From the human T2T-CHM13v2.0 reference genome, Homo sapiens: a stretch of DNA of 64,000 bases. The notes beneath the pieces are model-generated. The model did no database searches and was not told the origin of the DNA. It was given only the letters and a program-made list of their open reading frames with translations. Numbering within the stretch: the first letter of the stretch is position 1; each line of letters starts with the position of its first letter. Location: the NCBI RefSeq assembly GCF_009914755.1, contig NC_060945.1. One strand, given 5' to 3'. Below are positions 43,868 through 59,944 of this stretch, one piece after another. The translations under genes were made by a program, and so were the position numbers.

Positions 43868-44380
43868 GTAAGTTATCTTCTTTCTGTTGGTGGTTTTGTT
43901 TCTGTTATCTTTATACCACCTCCTTTAGTTCAGTCAGCAAGTGTGTATTAAGGACAAAGGGACACTGACTTTGATCAGAACACTGTGGTTTGATTATTAG
44001 CTTTTCTAGAAAAATACATTTTATTAAAAAAACTTCATAATTGCAATGATATATTAAGAAGGTAAGAGTTGTCAAATCAACCCTTGTACCATATTTAGCT
44101 GTTATAAGTATGAGTAGCTTAGAACATTCTTATATGTTAACCAAGATAGCTTTGAATATTAAAATCTTTCAGACAGGTTTTATCATTTTAATGCTTGGAA
44201 TAGATTATACAGTTCAGAAGACAGTTCTTTTTATGAATTTTTCCCCCGGATCAAAAAGACTAAATAATTTGTCTTAAAGTTAACACGTGATGAAATCAAT
44301 CTAAAAATGTATAGCCTACCTTCAGTATCTATACATGTATATATGTATATATTTTTTACTATTAATTCTTCTTATTTTAG

Positions 44381-44519
44381 CTTCAAATAAAGCTGGACTA
44401 ATTGCAGGAGCCATTATAGGAACTTTGCTTGCTCTAGCGCTCATTGGTCTTATCATCTTTTGCTGTCGTAAAAAGCGCAGAGAAGAAAAATATGAAAAGG
44501 AAGTTCATCACGATATCAG
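44381..44519 (+). CDS. CXADR: CXADR exon 6: transmembrane helix, juxtamembrane Cys-Cys and basic stop-transfer segment
   Basis: Acceptor cttattttag|CT, donor CAG|gtaatt; 139 nt, phase 1 to 2. Encodes (P)[45 protein letters not shown](R). Confidence 0.98.
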
Positions 44520-45047
44520 GTAATTAAGTGAGACAGGAGTTGACTGATGTATACCAAATATATGTCATTTCTCTAAAGCATTCGTTCTCTTATTAACCAC
44601 CCAAAGCATCTTTCTTAGGAGAATGGGTAAAAGCTCTGGCCGCCTTCTCAATACATTTGAAAGCATTTACTTCTAACTGCAAGTGCAGAGCTCCAACCAC
44701 CATTCGTTGTGCCCCGCTCCCCAACCTTCTCGTACCCCATTTTAAGAACCACTGCCAAATGATTATCTCAAGACTGCCTGCTTCTTGAGAAGAATCCCTG
44801 CCTGCAGTGGTAGGGATGAAGTAGATATTGAGGTTTGAAAAAAAAACTGACCTGATTGTATCAAGTAATCTGGAAGTTTGTAGAACAATTGGTAGTATAA
44901 TTTTTATTTTCCTTAAATATTCTAAATCAGTAGGTCTTAACGAGAAGTGTGCATATTAGATAATAGAATTTTAGAAGTAATAACACATGACTTCACACCC
45001 TAGAAATTGACATTTGGCAGGTCTAGGGTGGGGTCTGGACACTTGTA

Positions 45048-47630
<2,583 letters not shown>

Positions 47631-47769
47631 AGCTCTCTGTCAGTGTTTGGTATGAAAATTCTTATGCCTAAATTCCCAGCAAACTTAAATCTGTAGTGTT
47701 TTCAGCTAAGGTTTTAGATAACTTTAATATAAAAAGAATTTTTTCTTTTCCTTTTTTAAAAAATTTTAA

Positions 47770-48081
<312 letters not shown>

Positions 48082-48324
48082 TAGGTGTTAGTGTTTTCTC
48101 AACTATAAAGTGTTACATGGCTTTAACTAGATTGTCTTGACCAGTGATACTAGAATATGAAACTATTTGAGATTTGTGTTTTGTAAGACAACATTCTAGA
48201 ATCATCTACATTTGTGTAAATACCATATTTCATTAAGTGTGAAGTTATAACTCTTTAATCAGAATGACAGATTGGAGACATACACAATTTATGACGTTAT
48301 GGCTTGTGCTTTTTGCTTTTTTGT

Positions 48325-48325
<1 letters not shown>

Positions 48326-48357
<32 letters not shown>
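48326..48357. repeat. (AC)16 microsatellite ~115 nt upstream of the exon 7 acceptor
   Basis: Read directly. Confidence 0.97.
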
Positions 48358-48359
<2 letters not shown>

Positions 48360-48470
48360 TTATATGTTTAGTACCTAAATACAGGCTCTTATCCATGATT
48401 CATAGCTTGCATAATTGTAGGTTTTTAGAAACTTATTCTCTTGACATGTATTGGGGATTTTGCTTTGCAG

Positions 48471-48735
48471 GGAAGATGTGCCGCCTCCAAAGAGCCGTAC
48501 GTCCACTGCCAGAAGCTACATCGGCAGTAATCATTCATCCCTGGGGTCCATGTCTCCTTCCAACATGGAAGGATATTCCAAGACTCAGTATAACCAAGTA
48601 CCAAGTGAAGACTTTGAACGCACTCCTCAGAGTCCGACTCTCCCACCTGCTAAGGTAGCTGCCCCTAATCTAAGTCGAATGGGTGCGATTCCTGTGATGA
48701 TTCCAGCACAGAGCAAGGATGGGTCTATAGTATAG
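48471..48735 (+). CDS. CXADR: CXADR exon 7 coding part: cytoplasmic tail with YNQV sorting motif and class I PDZ-binding end GSIV
   Basis: Acceptor tgctttgcag|GG; 265 nt; encodes [12 protein letters not shown]...[51 protein letters not shown] at 48733-48735. Confidence 0.98.
48652..48660 (+). promoter_or_regulatory. CXADR: Internal 5' splice site in exon 7 (AAG|gtagct) used for the CAR-Ex8 isoform
   Basis: The GT at 48655 follows ...LPPAK in phase 0. From established knowledge, this is where the Ex7 (-GSIV) and Ex8 (-ITVV) tails diverge. Confidence 0.85.
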
Positions 48736-50740
48736 AGCCTCCATATGTCTCATCTGTGCTCTCCGTGTTCCTTTCCTTTTTTTGATATATGAAAACCTAT
48801 TCTGTTCTAAATTGTGTTACTAGCCTCAAAATACATCAAAAAATAAGTTAATCAGGAACTGTACGGAATATATTTTTAAAAATTTTTGTTTGGTTATATC
48901 GAAATAGTTACAGGCACTAAAGTTAGTAAAGAAAAGTTTACCATCTGAAAAAGCTGGATTTTCTTTAAGAGGTTGATTATAAAGGTTTCTAAATTTATCA
49001 GTACCTAAGTAAGATGTAGCGCTTTGAATATGAAATCATAGGTGAAGACATGGGTGAACTTACTTGCATACCAAGTTGATACTTGAATAACCATCTGAAA
49101 GTGGTACTTGATCATTTTTACCATTATTTTTAGGATGTGTATTTCATTTATTTATGGCCCACCAGTCTCCCCCAAATTAGTACAGAAATATCCATGACAA
49201 AATTACTTACGTATGTTTGTACTTGGTTTTACAGCTCCTTTGAAAACTCTGTGTTTGGAATATCTCTAAAAACATAGAAAACACTACAGTGGTTTAGAAA
49301 TTACTAATTTTACTTCTAAGTCATTCATAAACCTTGTCTATGAAATGACTTCTTAAATATTTAGTTGATAGACTGCTACAGGTAATAGGGACTTAGCAAG
49401 CCCTTTTATATGCTAAAGGAGCATCTATCAGATTAAGTTAGAACATTTGCTGTCAGCCACATATTGAGATGACACTAGGTGCAATAGCAGGGATAGATTT
49501 TGTTGGTGAGTAGTCTCATGCCTTGAGATCTGTGGTGGTCTTCAAAATGGTGGCCAGCCAGATCAAGGATGTAGTATCTCATAGTTCCCAGGTGATATTT
49601 TTCTTATTAGAAAAATATTATAACTCATTTGTTGTTTGACACTTATAGATTGAAATTTCCTAATTTATTCTAAATTTTAAGTGGTTCTTTGGTTCCAGTG
49701 CTTTATGTTGTTGTTGTTTTTGGATGGTGTTACATATTATATGTTCTAGAAACATGTAATCCTAAATTTACCCTCTTGAATATAATCCCTGGATGATATT
49801 TTTTATCATAAATGCAGAATAATCAAATACATTTTAAGCAAGTTAAGTGTCCTCCATCAATTCTGTATTCCAGACTTGGGAGGATGTACAGTTGCTGTTG
49901 TGTGATCAAACATGTCTCTGTGTAGTTCCAGCAAATCAAGCTGAGCTTTGAAAAAGTTTGTCTTAGTTTTGTGAAGGTGATTTATTCTTAAAAAAAAAAA
50001 GAAAGAAAAAGAAAAAAAGATAAGAAGAAGGAGTAAAGGGACTACTCCTCCTTGCCAAATGTGCTAAATATCATTTTAGGAGAAGAAAGTGGGTTTATTG
50101 TATTTCCCTTAAGATTGTGAGGGAGTGTGGATACAGTAGAATGAGCCAACAGCTTCTTTATAATAAATACGGTCTGCAATAAATTATTTCACTAGCTCTA
50201 AAACCTTTCCCTAGATTTTAGTAGGGAGTTGGTTTCTGTTAATATCTTTGGGTGCTGTGGTGGTAAATGCTATATTATGAACGGTGGCATGTATTTACAG
50301 TTAGAGTATTGTGTGTACACTTTTTAATGGTAAACTTAAGCTGAATGTGTAATGGATTTGTGTATAGTTTTACATATTTGGAAGCATTTTAAAAACAGGT
50401 TTTAACCTTATGTAAAATTACTTTTATACTCGTGTTAACATTTTCATCTGTGCCTTTTGGTAATTTAATTTCTATTATGAATTTCTGGTGCCTATGAGCT
50501 AGCTATCACCTACCTGAAAGGTGCTTAGAGGTGAAGGTACTGTTTCTAAAAACACATCACTGTGATACCTTTCTATCCTCACATTTTCAAGCTTGCCTCT
50601 TTTCTGTTCTTTGTGGATATAACTTAAGCAATTGTGTTATTCATAAAGGTTTAGAAATTTCAATATTCCCAACACTCTATGTTTCTGATTTTATAACAGT
50701 AGCCATTTTTGAAAGTCAGATGTTTGGCCTGTTTTATATG

Positions 50741-50802
50741 AATAAAGTTTATTTATAAAATATTATAAAAAATAAGTAAATAAACAGAACATTAATAATA
50801 AA
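50741..50802 (+). terminator. Candidate proximal polyadenylation signals
   Basis: AATAAA at 50741-50746 and 50797-50802, followed by U-rich gttttggttcttcc. Usage cannot be shown from sequence. Confidence 0.45.
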
Positions 50803-51143
50803 GTTTTGGTTCTTCCTATTCCTGACTTTCATATAATGAAAATTATCCTATTGATCTAAGTAGAAGTTATCATAGAAAGTGGACACGTATAAGACTTTCC
50901 TTCCTTTTTTTTTTTAATAACATATGAGGAACAAGACTTCTCTTCCCATATACTTCATATTTTAGAGGACATTGTTTTAAAGGCTTATGTCTCACTGTAA
51001 AATTCTGTCAGCCAAATAGTACCAATACGTTTTCAAGTAGTTCTCACTGATAATTTAGTTGAACCAGAGATCAAATATTTGCTCCCGAATTACTACTGGT
51101 AATCAAGTAGTTGAACAAAAAATTACTAAAGCATTTCCGTTAG

Positions 51144-51733
<590 letters not shown>

Positions 51734-53123
51734 AGTTCTGTACTTTGAATATGGAGTAGTTTACAGCTATTTTTTTTTCTTACTGGTAATCTTAACTAAT
51801 ATGATTCCCTTATTAGAGAGCCTCTCACTCCCCCACCCCCAAAAATGTCTACTATTCATGACAGTAACCAATTATTCTGGACAAATTGCTTCTTTTTAAT
51901 TTGAGCTATCTGCCATGGACTTTCTAAAATGGAAACACAGCCTGAGTGTATCTTAGGGAGAGTTTGATTGAAAAAATCCAAATCACTATCCATATAGATC
52001 ATGGATATAAAGAGATACCTGATTTTTATTAAAAAGATACTTTTTCAAATTTAAGAGTTAATCTTGGAAATTTGGAACAAGTAAAGGGGCAAGTAAACCT
52101 TTTGATGAAATATAAAAGGAACTCATTGCATGAAGTTGACTATCAAATTCTGTGATGTGTGGCTTCTTAAAAATATTCTCAGTGTCTTTTGTGTGCGTGC
52201 AGCATGTACATTTGATGTTATGTGAATGTTGAGTTTTTTCTTCTAATTTTCACTTCAGCAGTGTTTAGGGCTTTCAGATGCCTTATTCCAGTGTGAACAG
52301 AAAAAGTTCATATTTTATGTGGTTAATGCTTTGATGTGTCACATAAAGAGTAGTTTGTAGAAAATGTTGGCACAATTTTAACTTCTTAGTGGCTTGTGAC
52401 ATTATATATTATATATATATATGTATATATATCTTTATAACATTCCTGTGTTTAGTAGTGTAAATGTTCTGGGCAAGTTTTAATATTTTGAATGCCTTTG
52501 GATATTCCAGCAATAAAGGCATCATGTTCTGCAATAGGATTTCTTACTCATTTACCTATTTTAACACTAAAATAGACCACAACTGAGCACAAATTCCTTT
52601 TATAAATGTTATAGAAGCAGGGAAGAATAATAAACACATTTGTGAATTGTGGTTCAGTTTATTTATCTTTAGGGAAGGCTGATCATTTATCTTATAGCAC
52701 ATAACCCCAGCCTCTTATTCATTATGGTTAACTTTTATAATTTATCTTATTTTATAATTTAAGAATATAGTACATATCAGTTGGGTTTGGTTTTGGTCAT
52801 CGAGACTAAAAGCTCCATCAAAACAGAACTTTGTGTTTTCTGCTAACTTATTTAATGACACAAGTTTTAAGAGAACCACAATTCATTGATTCACTTATTC
52901 TTTTCCCTAATTGTGAATTTTAGTGATAAATACACCTGTACTACTGAGGAAAATATTCTGACACTTCACGTGTGCAAAGTATAGAACTGACAGTGTCAGT
53001 TTCAGATTTTGTATGTACGATTTCTGGCTTATATATCCAATGGTGCAGATTTTGAAATTTGTAAGAACAAAATTTGTTAAGAAAAACAACTTGCTCTAGT
53101 TTTGTGACCTTGTGTACTTTTGA

Positions 53124-53180
53124 AATAAAATCAAGAAAGCAGTTCTCTGCCTCATGGTGTGGCTTTATTGTGCCTTTTTT
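53124..53180 (+). terminator. Distal polyadenylation signal with downstream GU/U-rich element
   Basis: TGTA at 53113, AATAAA at 53124-53129, CA at 53153-53154, then tggtgtggctttattgtgcctttttt. Confidence 0.75.
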
Positions 53181-53477
53181 ACAGTGTCCACTAAAGCTTT
53201 AATATTTTATTCCTCCCTGCTTGCTGTGTCATGGTTTCCTTCCCCCCGTGTATCCTCTAAACAGAAAGAATAAAGATTGCGACAATCATATTAATACATC
53301 ATTGAAAACATGTCAAGCATACAGACCATTATCTCCCCATTCCTGTGTGCTTATATAACAGTATATACTATTTGGGGTTGAAACCTCCAACGTTCTGTGA
53401 TCATTTCAGAATTTACAGTATAAACTCAAACATTTTTCAGATACATTGCCCAATGTGTGTATATATACACAGATATG

Positions 53478-53808
53478 AGGATGGGAAGTCAAAGATCAAG
53501 GCACTGGCAGATTTGGTGTCTGGTGAGAGCTTACCTTCTGTCTCAAAGATGGCGCCTCTTGCTGTATTCTCACATGACAGAAAGGAGGAAAGGGAGCTTC
53601 CTCTAGCCTCTTTCATAAGGCCATTAATGCTATTCATGAGAGTGGAGTCCTCCTGACTTGATCACTTCCCAGAGGGGCCCCACATCTGAGTGCTATCACG
53701 TTGAGTATTAAGATTTCAGCATAATGGTGAGATTTGGGCTTCTGGCTAATAAAATGTATATCAACATGAGAATTTTAGGGAGGCACAGATATTCGAACCA
53801 AAGTAACA
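53478..53808 (-). mobile_element. MLT1A-like LTR fragment just downstream of the distal poly(A) site
   Basis: gggaagtcaaagatcaaggcactggcagatttggtgtctggtgagagc...tcaacatgagaattttaggg...aaagtaaca. Confidence 0.7.
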
Positions 53809-53921
53809 TCTCGTTATGGCTTAAAGTATTTTCATTCACTGTAAATGTTGATTTCAGGAAAAACCAGAATGGGCTGTTGATGCTACTTTAAGAAGCATGT
53901 TGAGGAATATTGTGTTTATAC

Positions 53922-54165
53922 TAGGGTTTCTCAACCAGCACTATTAACATTTTGGGCTGGATAATTCTTTGTCGTAGGGGACTGTCCTGTGCATTGCGAA
54001 ATGTTTGGCAGCACCCCTGGCTTCCACCCGCTGGATATCAGTAGCACCCTGGTCCCCGCCACCACAGCATCCCCACCACAGTTGTGACAATAAAAAGTAT
54101 TTCCAAACATTACCAAATATCTCCCCTGGGGTCGGAGCCAAATCGCCTCCTTTTGAGAACCACGG
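53922..54165. mobile_element. MER20 hAT-Charlie element
   Basis: tagggtttctcaa...attttgggctggataattctttg...ttgagaaccacgg; 8-bp TSD gtttatac (53914-53921) / atttatac (54166-54173). Confidence 0.85.
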
Positions 54166-55109
54166 ATTTATACTGATGTGAAATTTTCTACTCGGCGATT
54201 AAAAGGTGAAGAGCACAGGGCTTAGAGTCAGGCATGTTTAAATACCACTTATTACTAGTTGCTTCACTTTGCTTCAGTTTCCTAGTGCTTAAAATGGTAC
54301 AAAATACCTACTTCACAGGGGATGTTGGAGGATTTCAAAGAGATAGAACTGATATAATAATGAAAGTTCTTTGTATTTATCCTTGATAGCTGGGATGCTG
54401 ATAATGATACAGACTTTCAAGGAATCGAGATTACAGTACAATATGCCAAGTGGAACTGAGAATAATTAAATGCCTTTCATTTAGACCATATTTTAATCTT
54501 ATAGCTCTAATGGCTGGATCATATTTCTGCTTAACAAATGGCAAAGCTGATTAAACTGAGACAACATTGGGTATGAAGTAACTTATTATTCAGTAAAAAT
54601 AGTGTAAGTCTAAGGCATAATCAAAGATAATTTCAAGATGCAGTAATACCAACAGTGAAAAAATCAAGAAGCTACTCCAAGAAACTAAGCTCAGTTTTTC
54701 TGCCGGTATTTCCAAAATGTAAGTCAAACATACTTTGTTACTTAGATGATTTTTAAATTGTGTTAAATATTTATAGGGGGAAAAGTTGCTACTCTAAGGT
54801 AACTATACAAAAAGAAGCTATTAGGTTTTCCAAATTAGGGATACTTCTGTGCCCTCCTCAGTGTCAACACAGGTCTTTTATGGCACAAAACCTTTGCATT
54901 CTAATTGTTTCGCATGCTTGATATACCTCCTTCAGTAACCTGAAGGTGATTTACCCACCTCAGTCCCCACTGCCTAAGTCTATGACTTCCAAATTGCTCA
55001 GTAAATGCTGAGTGGATATTTAGTAAGAAACCTATGGACACTAGGGACAAATATGTGTTCATTAAATATGCATCATATACTCTGCAAGCCACCTGGCCTG
55101 GTCTCTTCA

Positions 55110-55438
<329 letters not shown>

Positions 55439-56016
55439 TCATGAGAAAAAGGATGAGTATGTGCAGTGAGGGGAAAGGCTGCACTTGGCTTAAAGAGTTA
55501 ACTTGCGCAAATACAGCATGGGGTTACCTGACTCAGTAGTAGCGAACACGGAAAACAGAACTCATTGTAAGAAGCATTTCAGAAATATGTTTCTAAAGCC
55601 CTTACAGATTCCCGCTGAGTAGGTCTAGGGTGAAATCAGTGACTCTTCTCTCCCAGATTATTTCAATAATTAACCAACTTAGGGAGCCTCTGGGTGCTTA
55701 GGAAACCCTTTGCAGATGACTGATTTCCATGCTGAGGCACTAACTAACGTTGTTTTTTTTCCCCTGGGCTTCACAAAATTGCAGACTTTTAGTGTGGTTA
55801 AAAAAAAAATACCTGCTTAAAATTTGTTGTTTAATTTTGGTATACTAATAATATATCTTAGTATCAGAATTTGAGGTGATCTGCGAAAATACCAAAAACA
55901 ATTTCTTAGAAGATTTTAGCTTTCCAAAAGACCTGAAGAGTATTCCGTCAAAGTCTTTTTAAATGGCTAGTCTTCTGAAATGCCTAGTCATTTACAAGTC
56001 ATTTCTATGTGTGATT

Positions 56017-56407
56017 GTATTAGCTGTAACAAATGGCTACAAATTGCTTGAAGAACAGAAATGTGTTATAGTTCTGGAGGTGGAAGTCCAAAATCAAGGT
56101 GTTGGCAAGATTGGTTCCTTCTGAGGGCTGTGAGGGAAGGATCTGCTCCAGACCCCTGTCTTTGGCTTGTAGGTGACCATTTTCTCCATCTCTCTTCCAT
56201 CTATGCATGTCTACCACCGTGTGTACATTTCCATTTTTTTAAGGACACCAGTCACTGAATTAGGACCTACCCATATAAGCGCATCTCAACTAATTGCGTC
56301 TGTAGCAAATCTGTTTCCAAACAAGGTCACATTCTGAGATTCTAGGGAATCTGAGACTTCAACATAGAGGTGTCCCATAGAGGATGGGGACACCTCAACC
56401 CGTAACA
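56017..56407 (-). mobile_element. MLT1B/C-like MaLR LTR
   Basis: tgtattag...gttctggaggtggaagtccaaaatcaaggtgttggcaag...aaggtcacattctgag...caacccgtaaca. Confidence 0.75.
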
Positions 56408-56731
56408 GTAATGATGACTGCACATTATGAGAGGGACTAATAAGATAGTGTGCATTGGTATAAAACATGTACCCAGAGGGTTCTCTGTTTAACTTTCAAT
56501 GGCATAATAACAGTATCAACACCTAAATAACTATGCCAACATAGTTATTTCATGATCCTCAACTGCCTCTGCCTGCCCCAGGAATATACTATCTTTATTT
56601 CAAATATGGGTGACTTTGTTAACTTCACATCTGTTTGTCAAGTGAAAAAGTAGTTGAAACGGTTATGAGGCTGGGCACGGTGGCTCACACCTGTAATCTC
56701 TGCACTTTGGGAGGCCGAGGCAAGTGGATCA

Positions 56732-57005
<274 letters not shown>

Positions 57006-57048
57006 CTAGTTTTTGAGGGAAGTAAAGCTTAGAGGAACTTCTACATTT

Positions 57049-57083
57049 CACACTTGATCTTAGCCAAAAGGCCAGGAAGTGAT
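57049..57083 (-). pseudogene. 3'-truncated (tailless) U2 snRNA pseudogene, about nt 1-35
   Basis: Minus strand atcacttcctggccttttggctaagatcaagtgtg matches the U2 5' end (ATCGCTTCTCGGCCTTTTGGCTAAGATCAAGTGTA). Flanked by 16-bp TSDs aggaacttctacattt (57033-57048) and aagaacttctacattt (57084-57099). Confidence 0.92.
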
Positions 57084-58029
57084 AAGAACTTCTACATTTT
57101 AAGTTATTCACAAGATAACTATTAATGAACCTGAAATAGTTTGTAAAGTATTTCAGAAAGGTGATGCACAAAGTATAGAGTGAAATCTAACCCTCTCACC
57201 CGTATTTCCCAGTTTCTGTCCCCACTTCCCCTTCAAAAGGCATTAACTGATTGCTTCTTCAATTTTGATAATTTTTGAATAGGTCATCTATTTCACAGAA
57301 GAAAATTCAAAAGGTCTGAGTATATAGTGAAAAATGTGATCAGTTTTTTATTTACCCTTCTAGGAATGCTCTATACATAGTCCAGTACTTGTGTATGTGT
57401 GTTTGTGAGTTTATCCTGAATATTTTATTTTAAAAAGTTAACAGTGAATGGATTGGTCATGATGGGTGAGTGGATATTAGGTTTTTGGTTGGAGTAACTG
57501 TGTGGGAAATTATGATACTAAGCTAGGAAAGACAGAAGGATTAGCAAATTTGAAAGCAGAACCCTGTTTTAGCCATGCAACATATAAAATGTCTATTAGA
57601 ATCCAGGCATGATGATAGGAGGCAGGTGAATTACCAACTTGGACCTAAGTAGAAAATTCAGAAATGGAGAGAAAATTGGACAGTTTTAAGCCTTAAGGCA
57701 GATTTTAGACAGGAATAGATGAAGTCATCATGGTAGAGAATGCAGACAGAAGTAAAGGTAGTGATCAGAGCGCTAATTCTTTGAATGTTCAGAAGTGAAG
57801 CTAAGGAAATCAGTTTTGAACATGTTGAGTTTGAGAAGTTTGTTAGATATGCAAATGGAGATGTTGAATAGATACCTAGATGTATCTGGAGTAGGAGAGA
57901 GGACTGGAGATAGAAAAATGTGGATTACCAAGGATGTGTGTGATATAAACAAGTGCCCAAACTATGGGCACTTCACTCAAATAGGAAGTAGGGAAATGGA
58001 AAAATATGGAATATATATATATTACATAT

Positions 58030-58090
58030 ATACACACACATACATACATACATACATACATACATACATACATACATACATACATACATA
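58030..58090. repeat. (CA)n then (TACA)~12 microsatellite
   Basis: Read directly. Other simple repeats: (CA)/(TA) 3016-3082, (TG)n 7076-7113 inside an Alu linker, (TA)n 52401-52432. Confidence 0.95.
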
Positions 58091-58503
58091 AGGGTTGATA
58101 TTTAGGGGTCCAATGCTGTCAGCCAGTGAGAAAGATAATATTCCTGGCAACCTTGAATGAAGTGTCTCATTCTATCTGCTGCTGCTCCTGTTGGGAAGGC
58201 TTTTCTGTTTTTTGTTTTGTTTGGTTTTGTTTGGTTTTGTTGAGACAGGGTCTTGCTCTATTGCCCAGGTCGGAGTGCAGTGGTGCGATTATAGCTCACT
58301 GCAGCCTCGATCTTCTTTGCTCAGCAATACTCCTGCCTCAGCCTCTCAAGTAGCTGGGATAACAGGCGCACCCACATGCCTGGCTAATTTTTTTGATTTT
58401 TGGTAGAGAGAGGTCTTGCTGTGTTGCCCAGGCTGGTTTGGAACTCCTGAACTCAAGTGATACCCCTGCCACGGCCTCCTAAGTCCTGGGATTACAGGTG
58501 TGA

Positions 58504-58737
<234 letters not shown>

Positions 58738-58828
58738 TAGTCAGGATGGTCTTGATCTCCTGACCTCGTGATCCACCCACCTCAGCCTCCCAAAGTGCTG
58801 GGATTAATTTGTAAAATTTTTAAAGTTA

Positions 58829-59545
<717 letters not shown>

Positions 59546-59591
59546 ATTCTTGTATTATACTAGTAATATTTACCTCATATCTCACTAATAT

Positions 59592-59718
59592 AAGGTGACT
59601 GTATCCCACTTTTCCGGGGGTAGATTTATGTCTGTTACTTCGGTGTAATTGATAACAGCAATAAATCATTTGCTCTCAAAAGTATGTCGGATTGGGCAGT
59701 AAGATTTATGGTTACCCT
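59592..59718. mobile_element. MER94-like hAT-Blackjack MITE
   Basis: Ends aaggtgactgtat ... ttatggttaccct; internal ctctcaaaagt. Confidence 0.6.
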
Positions 59719-59836
59719 GCCTTTGGGATTTTTACAGTAACTCGGAAGTAGTCCCTTGGTGTTATGTACTAACCATGAGAAAAATAAATGTCTCTACTCA
59801 CACTTTCTCTGTCACTGTTCAATCAAAAGCAGAACC

Positions 59837-59944
59837 AGCAGTTCCAAAGATAGTGAGTTATCTCCATTAAATGTTCACAGTTACAGGTCAAGCTCTTTGT
59901 TCTACTCTTTTGCCCCTTCTCACTTTTGCACTTGACTGGTCTTT
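59837..59944 (+). pseudogene. Y1 RNA (RNY1-derived) retropseudogene
   Basis: agcagttccaaagatagtgagttatctccattaaatgttcacagttacaggtcaagctctttgttctactcttttgccccttctcacttttgcacttgactggtcttt, followed by an A-rich tail. Confidence 0.9.

Noticed and set aside
43868-43968. Hydrophobic read-through of exon 5 ([16 protein letters not shown]...) as an alternative membrane anchor
   Set aside because: The hydrophobic run is short and follows from T-rich intron sequence; the donor is a strong gtaagt.
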